Source: Stegostoma tigrinum (Eukaryota). Taken from it: DNA of 64,000 bases. Below the pieces are notes generated by a model. That model was not told where the DNA came from. It searched no databases and saw only the letters and a program-made list of their open reading frames with translations. A program made the position numbers and the translations under genes. Below, piece by piece: positions 50,301 through 61,415 of the stretch. Numbering within the stretch: position 1 is the first letter of the stretch; each line of letters starts with the position of its first letter. Location: assembly GCF_030684315.1 (NCBI RefSeq), contig NC_081378.1, positions 34,396,252 to 34,460,251 on the forward strand, written 5' to 3'.

Positions 50301-53300
50301 AATAACAAAATTCAAGCTGTTGATAACCTGACAGCATCACAACCCTCCTAATGAATGGAAAGAAATGATGTGAAACCCGAGTTCACCAGTTAAAACAAGA
50401 CACTCAAAAGTCATACACTTTGGACAGTGTTTGCTAACTTAAGACTATCAGACAAAGGAGAAACTCCCGTTCCTCAGAAAGTTTCACTGGAATAAAACAG
50501 CTGTCCAGATTGAATATGCAAGGTCTAGAATATAACTAAATTTATTCTAAGGTGATCTCAGTGAAGAAACTTGAACTATTAATCCAGATGTCAGCATGTC
50601 ACACAGAATTATAATTGATGACTGTAGCACATTTCTGAAGATACTTTTGACTTTTCTTTCCATTCTTGATTTAAAAATCCAATGCCAACTGACCAAATAA
50701 TGTACTAAGCATGGCAAAGGTGCTAAAACCAAACAAAACACATACCCTATCCACTTTGTCGCGGGATGTCCATTGATCAAAAGGGCTCAGCTCAAAAAAT
50801 CTTGCCAACAAACTGTGGTAAGGGAATAACAGCAAACGCACTGGTTACTGAGCATGCACAATGTAGCATAACACTGCTAAAGCCAATTATACTGATTTAC
50901 AGTATGTTTGAAATCTACAATCTTAGATCTAGAACTCTGTTCTTTCTTTCAAATTAGTAATGTACATATGTGCTGATAAGCTGTTTTAACTGAACATAAA
51001 TTAAATTGTACAACTGTAAAGAATGTATTCAATTCTCTTTGCAAAGAGATTGTTTAATCTGCTTTCAGGAGAAAAGCAGCAGAAGGATAAAGACCGGGGG
51101 ATGTGTGGGCACAGCAGCAACTTGTTTTATGCTTTTAATGTATAAACCATTCCATGATGTATCATAGCAGTATGGTCATCAAAGCTAACACAAGAACCAG
51201 AGATGTCAGGGCAGTCAGCCAAACTTTCAGCTAAAGATACTGATCTGGAAATCGTCTTAAAGATAGAAGAGCCAATAGAATGGCAATTATATGTATAGAG
51301 GGAATTCTGGAGACTGGGGCTTTGGCAATTGATGGCATGGCCATCCAAGGTGGAGCTTTTAAAATCAGGGTTTCTGAAAATGCTAGAACTAGAGAACCTG
51401 AGGGTTGTAGAGCTGGAACAACATTGGGATTGTTCTGCTCAGAGTAGATCAAATTAAGCATAGGTAGGCAGTTTTGATAGCATGAAAATGAAAAAACTAT
51501 TTCCAATGGAGGGAAAGTCCATAACTGTTTCTTTGTGTAAGAGACTACTGCAATAAATGCAGTCTCTGAAAGAGTGGTGAAAGCAGATCCAACAGTGACA
51601 TGCAAGCGAGTTAGATAAATACTTAAACCAAGAAAACATGCTGGGGTCTAGAAAAGCAACACAAGAGTACATACAGCTTTACAAAGAGGGGGCACTGGCA
51701 TGATAGGTAGAACAGTATCCGCTGTGCTGTACCACTATACTTGTATGATGAGACAGACAGAGAAATTTGAAGTGTGCCTGAACTCCACAAAATATACATC
51801 AATTCAGCTATGTCAAAACCAGTTACAAAAACTAAGGAGGGAGAAAAATCCTCCTGACCACCAGATCAAATAACTTTTACCAGAGACACACCACTGTTGT
51901 GCAATGAAAAGGGATCAATATAAAAGCAGGCAGGACTTGGGAACCAGAAAACAGACACCAGTACAGAAGGTAATTCCATATTTTTCCCATACTTCGAATG
52001 TCTGGGACAATTAGAAGGCGACAATTACTAAAATGTGACTAATTTTAACTTTGGAGCCCAAGCAGATTTGTTGTTCCCGTTTGTTTAGAACCAAAAATTG
52101 AATATTTTTACTCATGGGATGTCAACATTACAGGCACAGCCAGCTTTTGTTAAACCATCTTAGTTGTCCTTGAACGGAGTGGCTTGGTCATAACTCAGAG
52201 GACAAGAAAGAGAGTCAACCACATTGCAGTGGGTCTAGAATCACAAAGGCCAGATTAGGTAAGGATGCTCTAAGGATTTTATTCAACTTTGGTTTTCACT
52301 GAATCAAAATTTCACAAACTGCCATGCTACAGTTCTGGATTGCTAGTGCAGCAAAATTACCGCTATGCTACCAGCACTCCCTTGGAAACTAAAATTATAC
52401 TTTAGGTAATTTCTGTATTTTATATTTAAAATACATTTTTAGTTTCTTTTAATTTTAACTATAGCAACAACCATGGATCATGAGTTCTACCAAGTTTTTG
52501 TTCTCAAATGTCACAGGAGGAAACAGTGAACCATGCCTTCAAATTTTTTTGAAGAGAGAAAAAAATTGGAATTGGAAGCTTAACAGAATATTCACTTTCA
52601 AAAGGGGTCTTTAAAAAATTAAAACAATATTCCTAGCTACATAATTCAATTAAAACACCCTCAATTAGGTTGTGAAGAACAGTATGCAAATCTAGACCTG
52701 AACCAGGTAAACTGAGAGATTCACATCTGTTTATAGGCAAAAATGACTGGTTTTGGACTTCCTTTCAAACTTGTTCACATTCCTGCTGCATATTCCATCA
52801 CTGTAATCTTATAGCTTGTACTCACTGATAGATAGGCCTTGGCAATGGGTACGAAACAAACGGTCTGTGCATAACAGCATATATGTATTTCACAAGGTCA
52901 TGAAGCAGGTAGCGATGAGGCCTGTTAAATAAAGAAAAAGTGTAAACCCTCTTCAGGCACACAGTGTTCAATCCATCACCTATTACAGAGAGGAATCATA
53001 TTGATAGGCTGGCGTAAGTACATCACATAATTAGCTTTATTATAAAGTTAGTCAAATTGCAAATTTATATATTCCAATCTGTATTGTTAATTTCAAAGTC
53101 AAGGATAATTACTCTGAAACTAAAATATTCCCTTTAAGCTACAAGGCCGATACTAAAGCAATAGCAATGCTAAAGCCGCCACACGAAGCACACACAAAAT
53201 TACCAAGCATGCATGGTCATGCAAGAACAAAATGGAAAAGAAGCCATGCATTTTAACATTTTAACTCCAAAAAAAGTTATTCTGCAGTCTAAATTTTGGT

Positions 53301-56300
53301 TTCATTACAATTCATAACCAGATGAACAAGTAGTCATCTTTATTTGTGCTTATGCTCAAATTCCTGCCACGATACATGTTCAATCACAAGCAACAAGATG
53401 TAAGGTGCTGAGGCTGCAGCCATGGGTTACTGCCACAGTGATCAAGTGGTGGTTGAAAGCAGATGGCTACTTTGGGACAGGTAGGAATGGAGCCAAGATA
53501 CTGTGGTAGACAGCAGGGCAAAAGAGAATGGAAAAAAAAAACCAGAAGTAATCACATGGTCAATAGCTGAAAAAGGGTAAAGTGATTCTATTCACATAGA
53601 ATTTTGTTGTTGAATTTGATTAAGACAATTCCAGTGCCATAGACACGACAGAAAGCAGACTGAAGGAATCTGAACAGAGTGGTGATGTTTTAGGACTCAA
53701 GAGTGAAGTAAGTTGACCAATGAATTGATAATTAAGAGATTGACTGGTCCACAAATATGATGTTTTGAAGATAAGTGATAACAGCATTGTTAAAAGAAAG
53801 CATTATTATTTAAAGAAAGAAAGACTTTGATGATGAAAAGACTTTGATCCTGGGGAAGTCAAGCAGAAAATAATTTCCATGAGAACTGAGGAAAAAGTAA
53901 TGAGGAGAAACAACACACCAAAAACTAAGCTGCTGTAAGGGGTCAGAGAGAATTTGAGCAGGAGGAAGCTAAACTAAATGTTAACTTTAAAACTTACCCA
54001 ACTATAACATATGATTTTCCACTGGAGTCAGGGTCTTTAATAGCATTTACAATCGCTTTGGCCACATCCACGACCTACATGTTATTAAGATTGAAAAATA
54101 TGCTTACGTATCAGAATTTTAAGTACGAGCTAAATAATTTAAAACCATTTCTTATGTACATACATAAACAGGTTGCTTTACAGTCTTCATGCCCATAGAG
54201 ATGAGGGGTGTGGCACGTCCAAACCAACGCAAATCTAGGAAAATGCAACAGTATCCAATGATATATTTGAAAATGAGTGAAATATTTTTGTACAAAACAA
54301 AGACATGAGAAGCTGAAAATTTTCATATATACACTTCATGCCTTCATTTCATTTGATAGTAAAATAAAACAGTTGCACAGTGATATTTAAGTGGAGACTT
54401 TTTATTCATACTTACTTCTAATCCAGGCTCTTACAGCGAAACAATTTCTCTTCATCTGGAATGTCTTTAAAATGTCTGAACTGGAATTTAAGAAAGAATA
54501 CTTGTCCTTCCTTTGCCTGCTATTAGCTCTAACCTCAAATTCATGATCTGGGACCCTTAATTTTCCACAGTCCAATTTATACAGATTAGGCCTTTACTGT
54601 CAGTTAATATCTGCTGGGTTGTTTTATAATATTTTTGCTTGCATTTTGTGTCCAAAAGTAGCTTTGCTCCATTGTTATTAGCCATTTAGCCGTTGTATCA
54701 AGTACATAGGTATAAAATTTAATTCTATCTACAGTAAGTCAAGTCAGATGGGCACATCCACTGAATCAGCCTCACCAAGCCTTCAGCAGTTTACCACAGA
54801 GAACAAATGCATTTTTTTGCACTGAGTGTAAGTCCAAGGCTGTAATTTGCTTCTAACTTAATGCATAAAAGTCATACCATGATTGGATTTTGTCTAGTCA
54901 CAGGAGATGAAATTCTCTGTTGTATGAAAACATAATTAATTCTAACTTTAGTGAGATACAATCAGCATGGATTTGCGACAAAGTATCTATTTTGGGTTAA
55001 TCAGGTAATATGATAAAATAACAAGGTTGACAAAGGCAGGGAAGTAGAAATTGTATATATGGACTTGAAAAAGGCACGTGATAAAGTACTGCAACAGACA
55101 CAGTATCAAAGGGGCAGTGATAACATAGGCTGAGTCCCCTAGCGATGCCACTTTGTCAACCTAAAACATCAAAAGCAGCTGCCTCTCTGAATAGGGCACT
55201 GCTGGATGTAGAGTACAGTTACATGCACAACAGAATCAGTTTGTTTTGTTCTTATATCTGCTCTCTCTCCCCCACTCTTTAGCTAGAGAAAATTTAGAAG
55301 AATTCTTTCCATCCTGCAAAGGACCACTTGAGAGGATGCAGTAATCATATTCCATAGGAATTCTAAAAAGACACCTGGACATGAATTTAAAAGGAACTAA
55401 TTTTGCAGGTACGAGGAAAGTTTACATGCAGGCTTAAATTGGACAGCTCTTTGGAACAGTCAATACAAGTCCGAGAGATATATGATTCTGTATGTAAATA
55501 TATACAGAGCTGCCAAATAAGACACTTGCTCAAATATGTAATGATTCACCAAAAGTGAACTGAGATTGAAAGCACATTAAGCTTACAAGAAAAAGACTTA
55601 CTGGCAAAATAGTTGAGGAATTTGTCCTCTCTTCCAAAAATTTCAGACGGTTTGATGATGACAGAATCTGGGAATTCTTCCCGCACAACCTTTTCTCCAA
55701 CAGCCTGCCAAAAAATTATTCAAAACAAGCACACTTCCACTTTATTCTGTAAACGTTAACATTTTAGGTACAGATTCTAATTTCCAAATTAGTCACATTC
55801 TTCTTACCTTTGTTCTTAGTAGTTTTGAAACACTCTTCATGTGCGCATTAAGATGAGAAACGTGTATTAATTTTTCAACCCCAGATTCACTGCATGCACG
55901 AGCAATATCCTGTGCAATTTTGATGTTAACATCCTCAAATTTGAAATTCCTAAAAGAAAGTAAATGATTTAAACACCGATGCATAACAGAAAATAAGAAC
56001 TGTATTATTTTTGGCTGTCATTATCAAACACTCCCAAATAAAAGTTAGACAGAGTAAGGGTAAACTTAACATTGAGTCATACAGCCAGGAAGCAGACCCT
56101 TTGGTCCAGTCAGTCCATGCTGAACATAATCCCAAATTAAGCTCGTCCCACCAGCCTGTTCATGGCCCACATTCCTCCAAACCTTTCCTATTCATGTACT
56201 TAAAGAATATTTTTTAAGTGTAATTGTGCCCACATCCATCACTTCCTCAGGAAGTTCATTCCACACATGAACCATCACTGTAAAAGAAATTTGCTCCTCC

Positions 56301-59300
56301 TGTATTTTTTAAAAACTTGTTCACCTGTCACCTTAAAAATGTGTCCCCTAGACTTGGAAATCCCCCATCCCGGGGTACCTAGACCCCTCTATTTTATAAA
56401 CTTCAATCAGGTTACCTGTGAACCTCCTACACTCCGGTGAGAAAAGTCCCAGCCTGTCTTTATAACACAAATCTTCACCAGCCAGCAACCATCCTGGTAA
56501 ATCTCTTTTGAACTGTCTCCAACTTAATAATATCCTTCCTATAATTGGGCGACTCGCTCGAACCGGAAACAGTATTCCAGAAGAGGCCTCAAAAACGTCC
56601 TGTACAACTTCAACATGACTTCCCAACTCCTTTACTCAAAGGACTGAGCTATGAAAGCGAGCGCACGAAATGCCTTTCTAATCACCCAGTGTATATGTGA
56701 CACAAACTTCAAAAGAACTATGGACTTGAACTTAGAACAGTGGGATAAAATCAGAGGACCACATCATAGAAGAAGACCCTTTAAGCCCATCAAGTCTGTA
56801 CCAGTCAAAAACCACCCCAAAACAACATTTTCCAGAACTGGCCCACAAACCTTGTATGGTTTGGCACTGAAAGTGACATCTAAATATTGCCTCTACAACT
56901 CTTACAAGCCCCAAGTTTCAGATTCCTATCACCCCCCCAGGTGAAAACATTTTTCCTTGCGTCCCTTCTAACTTTTACTTTGCCTCTTACTTTAAATCTA
57001 GACTTCCTGGTCAGATTCCTCCAGCAAAGGGAAAGTTTTTCCCTGTCTGCCCTGTCCATCACCCCACTATCCCACACATCTCAATCATGTGCCCCCCTCA
57101 GTCTCCTTTGCAAAGGATAGATGCAGAATTTGCACTGGGGATGAAAGAGGCTTTATTGGAAGCAAATATAGTGAATTTGTGATTAAAAATTTTGATAAAA
57201 TGGCCTTACAAGTTGTGAAAGGTTCATGACAAGTGGTGGCAAAGCAAATTTGGACATTGTCCACATTTGTATTGAAACTGGCCACGAGCAGGCGGCTTCT
57301 GGTCGTTCTCATTATTGTTTTTAAAAAACAAAATCCAGCAGCTAAAGTGAAACATTAGAGACTAGAAACAATGTCTGGGAAATGGCCAGTTTTGCATTTG
57401 GTCTTTGTATAATAGTATGAAATGGCTGGTAGCTATTGGGTAGCACACATTACATTTCTTCCGATTTCGGGATTGTGGTTCAGTTGGTAGCGTTTTGGCC
57501 TCAGAAGTTTGGGGGTTTAAGTCCCACATTAAGACAGGAACAAAATACATAAATAAATAAAAACAAGCCTGACATTTCAGTGTAGTGATAAGGAAGAGCT
57601 GTCATTCAGATCTAAGGCTTCATCTGTCCTCTCAAGTGAAGATTCCAAAGCACTATTTTGAACAGCATTTACAGCAACAGTTCGTCCCAAAGAGTATTAT
57701 GGAAGAAGCAAGATTATCTAGCCATTATGACCTTGTTGTTTGCAGGAACTGGTAATGTGTGGATTGGCTGCCACATTTCCAACAATACCAAAGTAAATCA
57801 CAAAACAGTAGCGCATTGGCTGTAAAGCTCTTTGGAATGCCCATAGTCACGTGCAACTGCAATTTTTATTTTTATTTCTTTGTTGACCAGAGGGCTCTAT
57901 GTTTTAATTTTTGGTATGTGCAGAGTGGAGTAAAATCATCTAAGGATGTTTGTGATCTGCTGCAATTTTTAATCAGTTAAAAAAAAGGTTTTCTGAAATC
58001 TCAGATCAGTTTTAGTCAGTGCCTTGAAAATAGGTGGACAACTGATACAAATTCTACTCTTGCAACAGCCAAATGGGACTGGCTCTGCATTTGCATCCAC
58101 TTAGGTAAAGCTTACAAGAAGATCTGTAGCTCAGGTTGTGGATGAGATTGTAGATTTGCTCGCCAAGACAATGCGTTGATTGAGGATGTTTCATCATCCT
58201 GCTCGGTAACAATTGCCAGTATGCGTCTGATGAAGCATTGGTGTTCTGTCCTGCTTGTTATTTATATGCTTCAGTTTGCTGGGTTTGTTAGCATAACTTC
58301 CAGTTCTGTTTTACAGCGGTTTGTATATCGGATCCAGTTCAATGTGTTCCAGTTGGAATGCCAGATCTCCAGGAATTCCATGTCATGTCTCTTTGGCTTG
58401 TGCTATTACGGATGTGTGGTCCCAGTTGAATTTGTACCCTTCTTTGTCCGTGTGTACTGTAACCAGTGAGAACTGGTTGCATCTTTTGGTGGCTAGTTGG
58501 TGTTTGTGCATTGTTATTGTCAGTTTTCTTCCAGTTTGGCCTATGTAGTGCTTCTCAGCCCTTGCATGGTAATTGGCATATTACATTGACTTTATTGGTT
58601 GTGAGTATAGGATCCTTTACGTTCATCAGTAGCTGTTTTAGGGTGGTTGTTGGTTTGTGAGCTGTCCTGATACCCTGGGGTCTGAGTAGTCTCGTGGTCA
58701 TCTCCGATATGTCTCTGATATACAGTTGGGTGACTAGTGTGTCTGGCCATGTTGTGGTCTGTCACAGAGGTAATGGCAGAGTGTGCTTTTTGGATATCCA
58801 TCCCTTTTAAAAAACTCTGTACGAGTGCTCCTGTTCTGCTTTGCACAATTCCAGATCGCTGCGGTGTGTTGTAGCTCATTTGAATAATGTCATGATGCAA
58901 CTATATTTATGGGTGTTGGGGTGGTTGCTGGTGTAATTAAGTATCTGGTCCATATGGATGGTCCTTCTGGAATATGCTAGTCTGCAGTTCCTCGTTGTTC
59001 TGATGTTCCACCATTACGTCCAGGAAGGGTAGTCAGTTATTGTTCCCTTCTTTTGATGAATTTTATTCTGATGAGGATGTTGTTTATGTGTCATTGGGTT
59101 TCTTCTTGTCTTGTGCATTTGATAATCACGAAGGTATCAATATAGCAGACCCAGCGTTTGTGTTGGATTGTGGGGAGCGCTGTCCATTCTAATCTTTGCA
59201 TTACTGCTTCTGATTTCAGTCCTAGTATCAGGGATCCTATGGGTGTTCTGTTGATTTGTTTGAATATACAGTCGTTGAAGATGAAATGGGTTGCAAGGCA

Positions 59301-61415
59301 CAGATCCAACAATTTCAGGGTGCTGTCCTTGTTGATGCTGTTGGCATCATGGGGGGCCTGCCTTCCTGATTTGTCCAGCAATGCAGCAATTGTCTCTTTA
59401 GCTAGGTCGATGTTTATGGATGTAAATGGTGCTGTTACATTGAAGGATATCATTGTCTCGTCCTCTTCTATTCTGGTGGCCTTGACGATATTGAGGAATT
59501 CTTATCAACTGAAAATGAGGATATACAAACACCAACTAGTCACCAAGAGACACAATCAGTTCTCACTGGTCTCAGTACACACAAACAAAGGAGGTCACAA
59601 ATTCAACTGGGACAACACATCCGTAATAGCACAAACCAAACAGAGGCACGCCAGGGAATTTCTGGAGGCCTGGTATTCCAACCGGAATTCCATCAACAAA
59701 CATATTGAACTGGACCCAATATACAAACCATTGAAACACAAAACTGAAAAAGTGATGCCAACCATCCCACCAAACCGAGGCATATAAGTAACAAGCAGGA
59801 GAGAACTTCAACACCTCACCAGAAGTGCACTGATGATGTTATCTAGCAGGGTGACGAAACATCTGCAATCAAACCCACTGGCTTGTCGAGCAAGTCTACA
59901 ACTTGGGTAAAAGTTTCCAGATCAGAAACAAAACATATCCTAATTTGTAGTATATAATTTACACCCACAAAAATAAATTAAATATAGTAAAATAATGACT
60001 GTTCTGACTTTGGTAAAGATTGACACTTACCGTGTTTCCCATTCACGTCCAACAAGATTAATAACAACATTGGAATGTTCCACAGCCCGTCTGGTGGAAT
60101 CTTTATCTCGAGGGTTCCAGTCCTGACAACGAAATTAATCTTATTAGAACACCAATTAAAAATTCAGCCAGTCTTTGAGACATTAGTGTCCAGCATTAGG
60201 GGAGACAATAGCTGGTGGTATTATCACTGGAATGCAAATCCAGAGACCCAGATAACCTTCTGGGGACCTGTGTTCAAATCCTGCCATGGCAGGATGTGGA
60301 ATGTGAATTCAAATTCAATAAATATCTGGAATTAAGAATCTAATGATGACCATGAATCCACTGCCAACTGTCAGGAAAAACCCATTTGGTTCATTAACAT
60401 CCTTTAGGGAAGGAAACTGCCATCTTTACCTGGTCTGGCCTCCACACTACTCCAGAACCACAGCAATGTGGTTGACTCTGAACTGCAACTCTGGGCAATA
60501 AATGCTGCCTGGCTAGTAATACCCTCATCCCGTAAAATGAAGAAAAAAAATGCTACGTCAATCCTGGCAATCCACCCCTCAAAATTAAGGCAGTTCAGCT
60601 TTTTGTACTTTCATTTGTTACTTGGTCGTTTCCACTTAATTTCTTAGCACTGGAGGTAGTTGCAAGGGGATTCTTTAATATGACTGCCTCCTTGTAGCTA
60701 AATCAGATTAGTCAATGCCAGCAATTTGAGATATGGAGAAATTACTGGGAAAATGGATTTAACCTTTATAGCAAGTCATTTAGGCTCCTTAAAATGCAGC
60801 CTTTAACACCCTTGTTATTTCAATCAGTTCCTTAGATTCAAATACTTTCACCATGCAGATTGCACGCTTCCTGATCATTCAATCCTGTCTTTCTCCTTTT
60901 GAATTGAATACTGACTCCTCAATTCAATATCACTTTCATAATATTAACTTTATGATGTGCTTAAAAAGTTATCTTCCCAATAGTTTCTAGTAGGGCATTA
61001 GTCCAAATCCAAACCATTAACAAACTAACTGGATGAAAAGAAAAATTTGAGTGTTGTTGCTTTTCCTGTTAGAAAACAGGTGACACATTTGCACATTGCT
61101 ACTTCTCCTAGAATAGCTCGATAATTTTACTTTCAGCTGCGTAGGGATGTCTTCAATTGCTGTTTGCCCCTTACAAGTGCATTTAAACCTGGTATTTCAG
61201 CACAAGCTGAAATTATAATACAAGCCGGCACTGATATCTTAAATATACTTTTGGAAACTCAAAACATCCAAGAGTTACATATTTCAAAATTTTCTTGCAA
61301 CAGTATTTGAGACTCACAAGAAAGGTCAGCTGTCCCAGATCACCCATGACTCTGAGATGATTGACATCGTATGGATCACAGCGATGTGGTATCACTACCT
61401 GAGAGCCAATTCGCC
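47215..61415 (-). CDS. NDUFA9: NADH:ubiquinone oxidoreductase subunit A9, exons 3-11 (exons 1-2 lie right of the window)
   Basis: Exons 61415-61318, 60122-60031, 55949-55808, 55704-55602, 54234-54164, 54074-53998, 52921-52826, 50812-50746, 47382-47215 are all GT-AG and in frame. Peptides [51 protein letters not shown] and AIEVLRRHR match NDUFA9. Confidence 0.97.
48044..49840 (-). mobile_element. Neptune-type PLE, 5'-truncated, with inverted 3'-end copy (49580-49840) and TSD
   Basis: ORF 48034-48948 has Cys-rich linker [10 protein letters not shown] and [24 protein letters not shown]; TGCATTTAGA(G/A)TAGA at 48029-48043 and 49841-49855. Confidence 0.92.
50746..50812 (-). CDS. NDUFA9: NDUFA9 exon 10
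   Basis: [22 protein letters not shown]|gtatgt. Confidence 0.95.
52826..52921 (-). CDS. NDUFA9: NDUFA9 exon 9
   Basis: [31 protein letters not shown]|gtgagt. Confidence 0.96.
53998..54074 (-). CDS. NDUFA9: NDUFA9 exon 8
   Basis: [25 protein letters not shown](G)|gtaagt. Confidence 0.96.
54164..54234 (-). CDS. NDUFA9: NDUFA9 exon 7
   Basis: [23 protein letters not shown]|gtatgt. Confidence 0.95.
55602..55704 (-). CDS. NDUFA9: NDUFA9 exon 6
   Basis: [34 protein letters not shown]|gtaagt. Confidence 0.96.
55808..55949 (-). CDS. NDUFA9: NDUFA9 exon 5
   Basis: [47 protein letters not shown]|gtaaga. Confidence 0.96.
56070..56720 (-). mobile_element. CR1-clade LINE 3' fragment
   Basis: [23 protein letters not shown] in ORF 56348-56626 and CR1-type tail. 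Confidence 0.8.
57468..57860 (+). mobile_element. tRNA-derived SINE with Deu-like central domain
   Basis: tRNA-like head gtggttcagttggtagc..ggtttaagtccc; body catctgtcctctcaagtgaa..gcactattttgaa; L2-like tail gtaaagctctttggaatg. Confidence 0.6.
58110..59900 (-). mobile_element. Penelope/Poseidon-type PLE (decayed RT + GIY-YIG) with inverted 3'-end copy (59500-59900)
   Basis: ORF 59091-59453 [28 protein letters not shown]; inverted arm; ACTT(A/G)GGTAAA at 58099-58109 and 59901-59911. Confidence 0.88.
59826..59867 (+). ncRNA. Minimal hammerhead ribozyme motif (PLE)
   Basis: UGCA CUGAUGA U GUUAUC uagcag GGUGAC GAAAC AUC^UGCA; core intact, helix III palindrome decayed to ACAU. Confidence 0.65.
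60031..60122 (-). CDS. NDUFA9: NDUFA9 exon 4
   Basis: [30 protein letters not shown]|gtaagt. Confidence 0.96.
60200..60545 (+). mobile_element. tRNA-derived SINE; related copies near 22600-22800 (plus), 31720-32015 (minus) and 52100-52380 (minus)
   Basis: tggtattatcactgg..atccagaga..tgttcaaatcc head and aatgctgcctggc tail recur in the window. Confidence 0.65.
61318..61415 (-). CDS. NDUFA9: NDUFA9 exon 3
   Basis: [32 protein letters not shown]|gtgagt. Confidence 0.96.
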
